A stretch of DNA of 62,036 nt, counting the filler, from Choristocarpus tenellus KU-1152 (Eukaryota; Protista; Phaeophyceae), in the NCBI GenBank assembly GCA_964200185.2. It is 10 parts of 10 records of this genome, joined end to end, with 100 filler letters (N's around TTAATTAATTAA, not from the genome) between each part and the next. Parts side by side here need not be neighbours in the genome. Positions count along the whole stretch, not along the records: positions 26,561 to 33,928 come from CAXNAD020006257.1; positions 34,029 to 41,463 come from CAXNAD020006167.1; 8 more parts are not named here. One strand, written 5' to 3'. The notes beneath the pieces were generated by a model, which did no database searches, was not told the DNA's origin, and saw only the letters and a program-made list of their open reading frames with translations. Positions 26,606-39,745 of this stretch are shown in pieces. Every line of letters begins with the position of its first letter. Positions within the stretch are counted from its first letter, which is position 1. A program made the translations under genes and the position numbers.

Positions 26606-27949
26606 CGCGTGTGTGTTTGTCACAGACAGACTCATTGCTGCGATAACTAGAGTTGTGCTTACGTTGTGGCTGCCAGTAAGTTCTTCATATATATGGAAAG
26701 TCATTAATCCTGAAAAACCTTAGCCCCAACAACGTCATTTTTTTTCATTATGAAGCGAGTACCCCTGTCCTGATATGCTGAAAATAGTGGCCAGATACAT
26801 GAAGGCAAAGCAGAACAGTAGAGCAAGAGCTCGAGATCTCACGAATGGGATATCAACATCATCTTTGCCTTACGGATATGCGTAAAGGCCAGCTTTCCTT
26901 TGGGCTTACGTACATACAGGTTCAAAAGTGGTCGTAACCAGATTTCTATCGAAGAAAATCTGGTGATGACGATCCAAAGTCAATGTGGCCACCACTATGA
27001 TTGTCAACCTACTACTCCGTCACTCTACCACAAAAACACCCCAAAAAATGGAATGTGAATGATGCTGAGGCAAGTATTGCCCGAGAAAAGAAGGAGGAGA
27101 CGACACAATAAAGCGGCAAGATGGCTGAACCCAAACATGTCAAATGTTCGAGAAGCAAAGCATGGACGAAGGCAGCTTAGCTTGAGGCAATTCAATTAGT
27201 CGTGGAGTCACAGTTAGCAAAGTAGAGTGAAAAGTAAGTGCACTGTATAGTGTCTCCAATACGGGGGGGGGAGGAACGAGATGAAGACTAGTCAAATAGT
27301 ATGATGCAGTTGTATTCCTTATGCAAGTGTGTACGCTTAGGTCTTAGCATGTGCTTTGTTCGGGTCGTACACACTCAAAACTGTGACGAGATTCGCTTCT
27401 GACTTCTCGTAACAGCTGCACCAATGCTCGGAGTATTTAGTACAGAACACCAATGAATTCAAGGATGGCAAAATATTATTAATATCAGTTACCGTTACTA
27501 CTGTGAAATTGTTTTTTGATATGCCACCACCACACCTCTACATATATCAGATATTCGTACAATCAAGAGGCGGACTGAATATAGTATCAAGACACCATAC
27601 AATAAACTACACTGTTTCTGTACAATTTCTGTAATGTAGACTACAAATCCACCCAAAATCACTAACACGAAACCTGGCTTTGACATTTCACTACCCTAAC
27701 CCTGACCCTAAACCTATCCATAACCATATCCCCAAAGCACATTTTTTACCCCCAACTCTGTTACTTTTATGGATATTCATATATATTTGGGTGAATAATA
27801 TATGCTAACCAGCGAATATGCATTGCTCATCCTTCAGGGTCTGAAATGCAGCGAACCTATATCAGCAGGCTGTCAATGTAGAGGAGACGAAAGTTTGTTC
27901 ATGCAAGTGCGGAATATTGCCTTCTAGAGTAGAAGAGCATATGTACCAG

Positions 27950-30900
27950 AAGGCAGTCAGAGGGGCCCCTTGTAATCAACGGCTTGGTCGTTATGGCCCA
28001 ATATTGCTGTACTTGGAAGTATTTCGCTTAGTTACACAACATCAGAGGCAAGAACTCTCTAGACATAAAGAACAAATCGATTAATTGCCCAACAGACTCA
28101 AGAGACACACATGTCACATAAGTTTTATCTCTTTCCCACCTGTAGAAGAATCGATGTCCAGTATGAAACCCTTTAGTAATAGCCTTCTGAAACTGGAAGG
28201 CACAGGCGTGACTTCCCCTAACCAAAGTTAGTGAGAGTGGCATGGTCAATGGTGGGTACTGCCATAGAAACACAGGCATGCAAAGAAGAGACAAGAAACA
28301 GACCAGCAGAAAGAGTTGAATGGTAGTGGAATTAACATTTGCAACCTTTACCCCTATCTAAAATTAGCAAAACCTAGTACAACCCATATGTAACCTTGTA
28401 TCAGCATACAGGTATCCCCTTCCTACCCTGACCCACCCATGGTAGTACTTTGTGGGATTAGTCGGTCCTCTGAGAATATGACAGATGCTTATTGTAGTAT
28501 GTAGTTACGAACATTCCAGGAGAATGTCAGAAACAGAGAGTTTGCATCAGCGAGGCTCGACCATTTATACACTGCTATTGGTACCATTGGACTCAATTGC
28601 TACCCCACAGCTATTCGAAAGGCTCTCAAAAATTGAAAATCAGTATGCTAATTGGGTTAATAAAATATTTGTAGGTATTGTCATGCTCCATTAATGATAC
28701 CCGAAATAAGAATGGTCGCCCCTTTGGCCCTTCCTGGGTATTTGACGTGGCATCTCCTAAACGATGTAAGGCTGTTGACTGAAGGTGGTTGGTATGGTGG
28801 AATGAAAATACATGTGATTGGAAGTACCTTAGAGGGTACGAGTTTTGCCCTGTTTGTCCGTTTAGGGCTTGGCTTCCCATGGGAGTTTTATTACGTTTTC
28901 CTACTCCAAGACGTTTTGGAGTAGGTATAATGTGCAAGTTATGAAAAAGTGTGTCCGGAACAAGGATATTAACACTCCCGAACAAACACGATAGCCAAAA
29001 TTACATCAAAACTGCGACATTGGATTAGGGCCCCCAAATGGACGCGGCTCTAGCCTCAAAGATAGTTTGGCTCATGTACCATAAGTAGTATAACTCCCAC
29101 TTTTTAAAGGCATGCACACCATTCAAGATACTCAAGGAGTGGGAGATCGGGTTGGCAAAATTGCTTTTACCTAATAGGGATATCAGATGCAGCAGACGCT
29201 ACAACTGCCCAGGCACACCTTAGCATGGGCAGAAACGCTACAACAGAACGCAAAAATCCTGCTTGTAACCTCCACCCAACCCCCATGTGGTTGGTGCCAT
29301 GGCACACACTTTGGTTATGCTCTATGCAGTGAAAATTCAATGTCACATCCTTCATCATTCTGTGCCAGTGCTGGAGGCGGCGGCTCCATCCTGGGTATGG
29401 GAATGTGTTCTTATCTAATTTGTGATTCCTTTAGAGATGACCAACCAATTTCTAGTTTTCTTTTCATTTTTTTAACGGGGGTGTCAGGCAGAAAACTGTG
29501 TAAGCCCCAAGAGGGCCAAAAATCGCTCCCCCTCTCAGATAGTATGACTCAGAGATCTTCTCATCCAAAAGACTTGCCAAAGAAAAAGCACATTTTTATG
29601 GCAGGGGTCTACTACTTGGGCAAATGGTGTGAACACTGTTGGTAGCAGCGTCCTGTCCAGGACTGGAGAATAGAAAGGTGAAACATATTCACTGTCTTCG
29701 ATTTGTCTCGCTTACATATCATGGAATGTATTTAAACAAAAAATTCCCCATCTAAAACTGTCTTGTGTACGACATTGTGTTGTGAACTCATTACTTGATA
29801 CATGGGGGGGGAAGTGAATGTTGTGAACTGAAAAAATCGATGCATACAAAATCTAAATACACCATAGGAATCTTTATTGTTTCTATTCAATCTCGAGGCT
29901 CGCAAACCGTGTTGAACTCGTGAAGTGCAATCTTTTTTTGCTCAAACCGATATCTGTACTTTTTCTGCACTGCCAGAAGCATCATATCTTCCAAGATCTC
30001 AGACGGAATACAGCCATGTTTTACTGAAAAGAGAGACTGAACAACATGTGCATACTTCCGTGTTGGAAGGTCTAGATACTGTATATTGAGAAGATCGCCA
30101 ACCTGGAGACCTCCACCTTACAGGTCTCAAGTTTTCACAATTTTCGACAGGTTCCTCCTTCTTCCTTTGCTGATGTATGACCTGGATGCCCTCAGGCTCG
30201 GCTTTATTCACCTCGTATTCATCCTCCACCATTTGGTCTTCTTCATTATAACCCGAATTTGGGAAGACACAGTCTACAGGTGGATCCTCAAAATCTCTTG
30301 ACCCAAAGCCTCCACAGGCATCAGGGGGGTTATTTTCCCTGTATGCAGATTTGTGATATGTACTGAGAATCCAGACTGTGTGGTCAGGAGGTTTACCCTA
30401 TTATATATGTGATTTCCTCTCTGGCTACTCATAATTGAGAATGATAAAGTAATCAAATGACCCTAAATTTTCGAGTACTACCTCAATTGTATCTCGATTA
30501 ACACCGAATCTATTGAAAATTGTCCTTGTTCACACCACTAGAACTATCAGTCACCAATACATGTACCACATTCGGAAAAATTCGTGAAATTATTTGCCGA
30601 TACAAGTGGTCTTTAAAAGACAGGTAGGAGGGATGTTGGGAAGCAAAAAAATTACAACCACGATCATTTTAATGAGCTCAAAAGGGCGTATCAATGGAAC
30701 CACAAAAGAAATCTACTCGACTATACTCTAGCCCAACAATGCATTGGCTTGTGGTGCCCACTTGGTGTTTTCTTGATGTCTCCCCCCGACATAACTACGC
30801 TATCTTACGACACTAGGGATAACAGGTGTATTCGAAATTGTCTGCCTGAGCAAGAAATCAATGACAGCAGTTCAAGGAAAAACGATTCACATATCTCAAG

Positions 30901-32560
30901 CTGCAAGCCCACTCAATGTGCACCTACAATACCAGATAAATGTTGTAGGACATCTATAAGGGGACCTACTACTACAGCACAACTTTGTATTCTTTAAACG
31001 AACACCAAAGAGGAAATGATCTCGCAGATAGATCCAATGTAAGCTATCCCTCATCCCTAACCCCTGTTCCTACGCAAGTTCCATCTCTCGAAAGAAGATA
31101 AAATTCTCTCCTCAAAAGTGTGAAGTATCACTCACCCCCTCCTCTCTTACATAAACGCAACAACCACCCTCCTTCTACCCCAATAAAAAGAAACATGCGG
31201 GGGATGCAACCAGGCACTTACAACTCGTTCTTGCACGAAGCTGTTTCCCTCATAGCGAACGCCACATAAATCTTGGGGCGCTGTACCGATAACTACACCT
31301 CCAACACGCCGTCCAGACCCCCCTGATTCCCAAGCCGACCTGTCTCTCATGTTTTCCTAGGGGGGTTTAGTCCACCGGGTATGAGATGGTGGAGAGGGAC
31401 ATTTTTGGACAGGTTTAACAATGTCAGTAAGAGAAGTGCAAGAAAGAGTAAAAGAAAAGAAGAGGGCGGGGTAGGCAGGGATCTTCATGAAGAAGTGTTG
31501 CGAGTAGTATCAACAGAATAGAGCAGAAAATTTTACAACACAAAGGTAGCCTTCACAAAAGGACGAAATAACTTATTTTTTCCTCATCTATTTTTCTCTC
31601 TAATTGGCGATGTTAACGAAAACGTGTTCAGACACTGAAGCAGGATTTCACCGGCTACATGAACATCGCTAAGAGGGCAACTGAGATGAACAAAGAAAAG
31701 TGACATAGGCAACCTTGAATGAGTTTGATTGGGTTTTGATATCTCTTACTCACCAGAAACAACTTCAGAGACTCTTGCCATTGTTCCAGTGGGGATCGTT
31801 CTTGCAGCTCCGGCGCAAAATTGAGTGTTCGCCAAGAAACCTGTGCCACATGGTCAATAGGTGAGGGCATCAGCAAGGTGGACGTGTAACCTGAGCAACA
31901 CGATAGGGGTGCAGGAAGGCAGTGTACAACACCACGATTTGCAAGCATTTGCTTGTAGAAGTGTGAGCATCAATTCGTTTCATTGTACCCCATCGTACGA
32001 CATAGTCTACAGGAAACTCACAACCATCGGACTGCGCGATTTATCGGTCACGAGGCTCGCGCTGAACACAGTCCCTACGAAGTGAAACGTGCAGAAGAAT
32101 CCCTCTTCTATGAGGGTAGTACACAAGGGAACAAAGGGAGATAAGCATGGACATGCAGAACCCTGAACACACAATTTGAGGAGAAAAAATAGAGTGTCAA
32201 GGCATTCAGATCATGCCCCACTTCTGTGTAGAAATCCAAGCCTATCAGCACAGAGACCGTTGGTGTGCAGAACCCTGAACACACAATCTCGGCAGTAAAA
32301 ACATAGTGTCAAGACGTTCAAATCATGTCCAGTTCTCTACAAAAAATATAGCCTATCAGCACAGAATCCGTCGAATTGGAAATGATAAAGCGTTGTGTCG
32401 AATCCAACCAACCGAACCACACATATCGGGATGACTTACTGTTGATGAGTGACTTCTTCGTCTGGGAATCCTGAAGGACCATGCAAGTAGCACCAAACAT
32501 ATTAGGACAACGTAAAAAACAGCAAAGGTGAGCACCAGGCTCTTCTGGAACCAACCCATC
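27950..32560 (-). CDS. Hypothetical multi-exon gene, likely type II membrane-anchored protein; exon chain uncertain
   Basis: N-terminal hydrophobic helix (LVLTFAVFYVVLICLVLLAW) followed by a gtaagt donor; further splice-site-bounded open segments near 31890-31750, 31356-31220, 30398-30055, 29997-29908, 29390-29220 and 28260-28140; no family recognised. Confidence 0.4.
28811..29076. mobile_element. About 266-bp MITE, TA-flanked (Tc1/mariner-type inferred)
   Basis: Homologous along its length to 60363-60628 and 59473-59597; imperfect TIRs; TA at 28809-28810 and 29077-29078. Confidence 0.8.
32155..32372. repeat. About 111-bp diverged tandem duplication (2 copies)
   Basis: gcagaaccctgaacacacaat...gtgtcaag...atcatg...agcctatcagcacaga occurs twice. 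Confidence 0.85.
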
Positions 32561-35037
32561 CTCGAGTAAGAGAGACGGGGAAGTGCTACCGACCTTCGCC
32601 CGACCTGTGACACGAACTCAAACCGACTATTGTTTACCGCAAACCGATATGATTAGACCCAACGAAATGGACAGGGAAGGTTAGCTTGCACACAACTGGG
32701 CATTCCAGTTTATCAGATATGGGGATGCATTGTACTAGGAAATGTCATAAGAGGTCTCAGACCCAAGAGATATACGGTGTGGATGAATAGGTTGCACAAA
32801 AACTCTTCCATGTACTTCCTACAGTTGTAATGCCATAAAATGGAGTCATTAAGCAATTTTGTATGGTCTCTTAACGGATGAAGAAGCCTTCATACAGGTG
32901 TGGAACAAACTACTATTTACACTCCTACGAGAAACAACGATAATATCCTCCTATATTCAAAAGTCTAAGAACATCCAACCAGAAAAAGAGCAGAAACATC
33001 CAATCCACAAAAGGCGGGGTATCATGAGCATACCAATAATAAAAGTAGTATAGTATTGTGGAAGATTTGATACCTATAAAATATTTTTAAATACCTTAGA
33101 AGCATATACTGTATGTGGGCGGGGTAATTGGGATTTTCCTCTTTTCGTCAAGATGGAAATGGCGAAGTAAATACCGAAAAATGTATTCAATAATGAAAAA
33201 GGTTAAGATTAGGGAATGGAGTATCTGAAGTCATGGACGTTATAAATTAATAATCCAAGAAAAACGCATCGCAAAGAGTGGCACAACACTTTAATGCCTT
33301 TTGTGGGATGTGCTTTGTGAAGGTTTGCTTCCAAGAGCCAAGGGGTCTTACCAGCATGCTGACAAAAATGATAGCGAAAGTGACCACATCATTTGGTCTG
33401 ACTGTATCCGCATAAAAAATGGAATGCTACATATTATGTGTCTTCGACGTCATGATCAGGATGCCGACACCATGCAGATCCAACCACTCGACCAGACCTA
33501 CATAAGCAAACTGATGGCAGACTGTTTATCTTGAGAGAATCATCAGTTGACCATACCATCATCACTTATTGGTGAGATCAACCAGAGGATCCAGAATTTT
33601 AGAAAGCTTGGAGTTATGTTCGCAGATTCTGTCAAGTACCTTTTGACATGATCTCATCTGTTTCATGTGAGCATGTATAAGATTTGAATGTTCAAGCTGA
33701 AGCTTGAAATTCTTTTATATGGTTGTATGGCGTGGACACTCCGCCTGACCCATTATCTGAAGCTCCGCTTCCATAACAAATTCCTCCTCCACTGCTGCAT
33801 AGGTTATCACAAAGAGGAATGCGCCAATCATGTCTTATCCTGCAGAGAAAACAGTGGATTTTAAAAATTGAGGATGGAGCGTACTATGGAGGATGGTTTT
33901 GAGCGAAAATGGTGCGGAAAAAGTGCCGNNNNNNNNNNNNNNNNNNNNNNNNNNNNNNNNNNNNNNNNNNNNTTAATTAATTAANNNNNNNNNNNNNNNN
34001 NNNNNNNNNNNNNNNNNNNNNNNNNNNNGGTACAAATCAGGTTCAACATGTACGAATACAAAACGCCATTCCTATCGAATCGACATCATAAATTCTTTTT
34101 TTTTTACTTCACATATATATATATATATATATATTTTTAACAAACTCTTTTGGAGGCACCGAAGCAATGTCGAAGTCCGTTCGCGAAACCGTGCACTACA
34201 CGCCTCCGTACCCCCCATTTTCTGTTCTTTTTCTGCTTTATATAACTTTCCGGTTTAGCCGTTATCTCTGTATTCCAATATACAAAAAAAGGTTAAATCG
34301 CGATCATGCTCTCCCTTTGGAAAACAACAGTTCAGACACAGGCAAAGCGCGTTAATTGCGCATCACAGACCACAAGCACATCTCTCTCTCTTTCTCTCTG
34401 ACCCCATACACGGATAGAACCTAGGGCTAGGGTTAGAACCAGGTTCAGTCAGGCCTTCCATTGGGACGTGACACTTCGAGCATATCTCTCTCAGATTACG
34501 CAGGATGGTGGATTTGCAAACCTGACGAGGGATACTTGTGTATCCTGGGGATAGGATGGACAAAGCGCAGCACATCACACCATAGTGCAGCAGTTCAATC
34601 TGCACAGCGGGAGGCTAACCCTCACCCTCTTTAAATAACCCACAGGTATAGGGTTAGGGTTAGGGTTGGCGGGATCAAGTTCATTTGAAGCGTCAAAACA
34701 GTCGGGCCTTCTCGCGAGGGATCGCATCTTCACCAGGTGAGCCTACGCGCTTTCGCACGGCTCTATATTTTGAGACTGTTGCAAGCGCGGTTGCGAGAGG
34801 TCTTCTTGCGTGACATTCCTGTGAGGCCCTGGATGATGGACAGTGGTCATTGAAAGCACCGGTGCAATCCATTTTCGAATAGGAGTCAAGCTAGTACCAC
34901 CAGCACACTGATTCGTTCCGCGGAAGAAGATAATACTGTAAGGTGGGCAAAGGATTTAAATTATCATCGTTCAAGCTGTCCTAGGTGCAAGCATGTTACC
35001 ACTTACTCGTAGTGGAGTAAAACCGGCACTCGCGTAC

Positions 35038-35857
35038 CTCTTTGCTGCTTCGCACAATAAGATCTACCAGGTCCTCAGAGCTGCGGCCGCCCCCACTCTT
35101 GATCACGTCCGCTGCAAAGGCTTCAAACGAGTCCGTGACCCCAATGAGCTTCTGGGGCGCCGTCAAGGCCCCATTGATCCCTTCAAGGCGTATTTGACGT
35201 GGCAAGAATTGTTGTGAGCGCAGCTGCAAGAGCGAATGCATGCAGTTGGTGTGAGTATTTGAGAGGATATGCATTCCTAGGACGCTTTTTTTTAATACCT
35301 AGTCAAGAACGCATTGCCCTGCACTCACTCAAGGGACAACGTTCGGCCTATCATAGTTCCAGCAATAGGATCTGTGCCATAGGCATTGAAACCGAGAGAG
35401 GTAAGTTCAACTTGGCATATACAATTGCAGTCTACTTTGGCTGATTCTAGGTAACTTTTTTAGACTTAGGCAAGTCAAAGATGTCTAGATTGCTTATTGT
35501 GAGCTAAGCATCCGTCAATACACTACCTGATGTTGCTTTAGCAGAGTTACCACCGATCCTCTTTTCCTTCTCGATAAGGATAACCTTGGCCCCAGCATGG
35601 GAAGCTTCAATGGCTGCAGCAAGCCCAGCAAGTCCACCCCCAACAACCACAACTGGGAGCTTCCAGTCAGGGAGATGGCATCGGATTTCGTGTTGTACAA
35701 GATCAGAAGGAGTGGGGATGGGTCGGATAAAGCAAAGAATAGAGGGGCAAGCAAGGGTATCTAACGATTTGGTAGGTCTGGGGATATTCAGGAGGAGAAA
35801 GGAAAAAGTGAGGGAGACAAACAGACGAGGCACAAATGTTGCTTGTATTCGTCTCAA
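35038..35857 (-). CDS. Soluble FAD-dependent fumarate reductase / flavocytochrome c flavin subunit-like (Osm1/Frd1 family), 5' part; exons about 35857-35527 and 35180-35038
   Basis: Rossmann VVVVGGGLAGLAAAIEA, LIEKE and the spliced signature GGNSAKATSG/INGA followed by DSFEAFAADVIKSGGG; start codon and downstream exons not found. Confidence 0.88.
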
Positions 35858-36433
35858 GTCAAACGCAAGTTGTCAACCCTAACAAGATTGACTTGCCAAT
35901 GGCAGCATTCTACGACAAAAAATTACAATTCACCCAATAGAGGTAATTTTCCTTGCAACAGGCCACTCTCATGGTCTGATACCTGTCGTGCCCGACATTC
36001 CACGCTTGATGAGGAGGGATTAGCTCCAATAGGGTGGATCCATTGAGTAGAGACGAGGCATCCAAGTAGAGGTGAGCAAACGTTCCACCTCATCGAGGTA
36101 GGAAGGGAGATAGATCTAGAACCGATATAATTCAGTTTCCTCCTGAAAAGTTCTTGTACATGTGCTTCTTCCTCCTCTTGCAACACTTAGTGTGCAGGTG
36201 GGTAAAGCAGGTGTCCCTGGCTCTATTTCAGTAGAATCTTGTGTATATTTAAAAATGGAGAAGAACATGCAAATTTCATTACTTCACAGAACGTCTGAAA
36301 ACTGGTAGCGGCATTTACAATTTCAAAATTGAAAAAAATGAGGAAGTGAGGGTGGATGGAGGGCATAACTGTTGAGATCAACACGTGTAGAAAATAAGGT
36401 TCAGGAGGACAAGGTGTTCGTAGGCTTCCAGAG

Positions 36434-37933
36434 ATGAAAACGGACAGGAACGGAAGGGAAATTCCGATCGCAGATGAGAACCTAGAGATGATCGCATCGT
36501 TGAAGGAGACGGAAAGTGTGCAATCGGGGTCACCTTCAACATCTCAAAACTCAACTATGGAGACTGGTCGATTTGCCAGCGCTGTCGTGACCTGCTTTAA
36601 GGATAAGAGATGCCAACGTAGGCTAATAGGCCATCAGGCCAGGACTTTCGACTTTCAGGTGCGCAAACTGAGAGTTCAGTCCTTAATACTTGGACCAATA
36701 CCACTTCGACTCTCCACACACAATGACAATGCGACCATTCCATTCCCCATTCGCATACTCGCCTTTTGTTTGCCTCTCTTATGGTCGTTTCTTTTTTAGT
36801 TTCACGGCTCTGAAGACTGTGCGGTGTCTGCAAGTGAGGACGGCACCGGAAGGGTATGGGATTTGGACTCCAGCAAATGCATCGCGACCCTGAAGGGTCA
36901 TACTGCAGAAGTGCTGCGGGCCTCTTGGGCACCTCCAGACATAGAGTGGGGCACCACACTGGCAACTGGATCGGCGGATGGCACAGTACGATTATGGGGG
37001 GTGTCTCAGGGTAGTTCTGGCATGACAGGGGTGGGAAAGTATCGTAAACTGAAGTGTGTGGGTCAGCTATCCCACAAGGGCAGCGGATTAGATGGCCAAG
37101 TTTACTCGTGTCAGTTTATCCCTTCCAGCATTCAAGGTGTTAACGGGATACCGCAGGTGAGCTTGCTGACTGCTAGTGACTCCAGCGTACACCTCTGGGA
37201 CGTCACCACCCAGAAACGCTTAGTTCAGTACCAGCTTAAGAAGATCGGAGAGAACTCAATTGGTGGTGGGCGGAACCCTTCAGACCTCCCCTTTGTGTTT
37301 GACACAAAGATCGGGAAGGGCGGCATGCTTGCCATCGCGCTCAGCGATGGCACTGTTCGCGTGGACGACCTACGTTGTGGGGGCATTAGCAGCACAACTG
37401 AGCATCAAGTGGTCCTGCAGGCAGCCTCTGAAACTCACCTAACTGGCCTGTGCTGGTCGGCAGATGGCAATTCTATGGTGTCCTGCGCTGGAGATGGAAC
37501 GATCAATATATGGGATGTGCGAACGTGGATGACCCGAGCTGTTCTTCATGGCCACACCCGTCCCGTGTATGGTGCTGCTTTTTTCCCCACCTGTGATCAC
37601 CGACTCCAGCAGGATGGTGGACAGGAGTCTGGACTCAGTGCGAGGCAACCCGTGGACAGACCATCGCTTTTGCTGTCCTGGTCTACAGATGGAACAATCC
37701 TAGCATGGGACTGGGCCTCTGCAATAGGTCTGGTAGAGTGCCCTCTAGGTGTCATGCAAACTGAGGGATTATGTATATACCATTGCTCCATATCCACAGA
37801 TGGTACAAAACTTGCCATTGCTGGGGGAACTGATACACCCTCAGCCTTTATTGGCATGCCTGTGAGATTATGTGATCTTAGCGGGGTGTTTTGGAGAAAA
37901 AATGGGTCTGTGCAAGCGATAAGTGGCAAATAA
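36434..37933 (+). CDS. WD40-repeat protein; exons 36434-36658 and 36800-37933
   Basis: Repeated GH...SASEDGTGRVWD, LATGSADGTVRLWG, TASDSSVHLWD, SCAGDGTINIWD, SWSTDGTILAWD; phase-0 GT-AG intron joins the two ORFs. Confidence 0.92.
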
Positions 37934-38421
37934 GAAAAAAAAATAAGAAGAGATTGGAAGACATGGGACTGACTATCCAACAAAAGCCTGAAACATACTC
38001 TTTCGTCCTTGGCAAAAATGGTAAGTAGGTATCTCATTTCTTGTTGAGATGCCAAAAAATTAAGCACAGGAGTAGGAGATGGCCAACGTGTATTGTTCTT
38101 TAAACTCTCCTCATCAATACCTCAATGCAATACATCCAAAAACTTGCACCCGTACAGTAGTGCGAAATGATCAGATGTAAAGGTCCCTTGTTCTTTGTAT
38201 AATTGAGGAAAAGATGCTACCAGACCTCCAATTGGCGCTAGAGGTAATATTATATATACAAACACAAGCTCAACAAAGCACAAAAACTCATAAAACGAAG
38301 AGTACACACTCTAACTTGGTACAATACCTATAGGTGATGGAAAGACTTTTGATATATGCAAGCGGTATTACAGAATGAAGAATATGCCACGGTGCATAAG
38401 TGGATCACACATACCACCCCC

Positions 38422-39320
38422 TCATGAATGCACATTCCCTGGTCTTAAGTCTTCTATCTCACGCCTGTGGCGCGCAATCAAGTTATCCTTGCGACCAATC
38501 TCCGTCTTAGCCGTATTGAACAGGCAAGAAATATTACGTGCAAGGACCTCATTTTGCTCGTTCAGGACCTTCTCCTGCAAACAATGGTGGGTTGTACAAG
38601 GAGCAAGAAAGTCAAAGATGGCTCCTAGGTACAATTTTGTAGACAGGGCCTATGCAAGTCTTCCCGATTGCAGCAGGGCATGCCCCCCAGCACGCAGTGA
38701 AAAAGGAGGCAATTGGGTGATGTGGTACAATTTTGAGGGCAATATATATACAATCCTTCCTGTTTGCAGCAGGGGCATGCCTTAGAGCACGCAATGATGA
38801 GTGGGGGCAATTGGGTGCTGTGACATGGCATCAATCACCCTCGGGAAACACAGATTCTAAGGATGTTACGACCTCTCTCTTGATGACATATATCGCTTGG
38901 TGCACATAATAACTTACTCTGGTTAGGAAGAGGACGATGAAAAATTTATCTCAAACTCTAGGTCGAATTCATTTTTCCGCGCCTAGCGGGGCTCACCTTA
39001 CGCGTCAAATCGGCCACTCGCTGTTCAAGGCTTCGGCGTAGGGCTTCCGAGGTCTTGAGCTTGCCCTCGAGCTGAATGATGAGGATCGAGATCGTTACAA
39101 AGGTGAAAAAGAAGGGAAATATTTCCAGGGCATTGAGCGTGAAGCGGGCGAGCTCTTTCCTGCGGTATGGAATGGCGACACCACACTTGCACCCATCAAC
39201 AACCCCATGTATGTTGAGGAACAGCTATGGGTGAAATGCCTGCTACAGTCAACTCACATCTGTCAGCTTGGACACCTCGAACGAGGTGTCCAAGTCACCA
39301 TACAAGTCATCGTCCGCCAT
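38422..39320 (-). CDS. 96-aa coiled-coil protein resembling the FLASH/CASP8AP2 N-terminal domain; exons 39320-39258, 39071-38997, 38574-38422
   Basis: Three phase-0 exons with gtgag donors and cag acceptors: MADDDLYGDLDTSFEVSKLTD/LEGKLKTSEALRRSLEQRVADLTRK/EKVLNEQNEVLARNISCLFNTAKTEIGRKDNLIARHRREIEDLRPGNVHS*; LxxNISxLxxTAxxEIxRKD matches FLASH as recalled. Confidence 0.8.
38628..38822. repeat. About 96-bp diverged tandem duplication within an intron
   Basis: ggtacaattttg...ttgcagcaggg(g)catgcc...agcacgca...ggcaattgggtg occurs twice. Confidence 0.85.
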
Positions 39321-39745
39321 GCTGTCGGCGTGAGGCCTAGGAGGTACAAGATCTTGAACCTACAATTGACCACATTTCCAAGCACTTCACCAAGCCTCTA
39401 TCGAAACAAACCACGCGGAGTCTGAGTGCGCGATTAATTTGAACTTGTTCCTATCTTTTTTTTTCTGCAACATACAAATACCATTATACACATAGATACG
39501 AGGTTGATGAAGGAACTAAGTGGAGTTCTAGAGTTTGGGTTATGACCCTAGGAAGAGGGTGTTAACGACAGACCATGATCTTGGTGGTCGCGATGGTGAG
39601 GTGATGATGCTATGAAGTTGAGATGTAATACATTCTAGAACATCCCGAAGAGGTGAAGGAAAATTGCCAGTATTAATGAAGATATTGAATGTAGCCGTGA
39701 GAGAACAAGGAAACTGCCAACGAAAGTGTCGACCGCACTGCCGTC

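Noticed and set aside
33690-33840. Continuation exon of the fumarate reductase gene
   Set aside because: Across a linker and no frame resembles the expected sequence; may be the end of an unrelated gene
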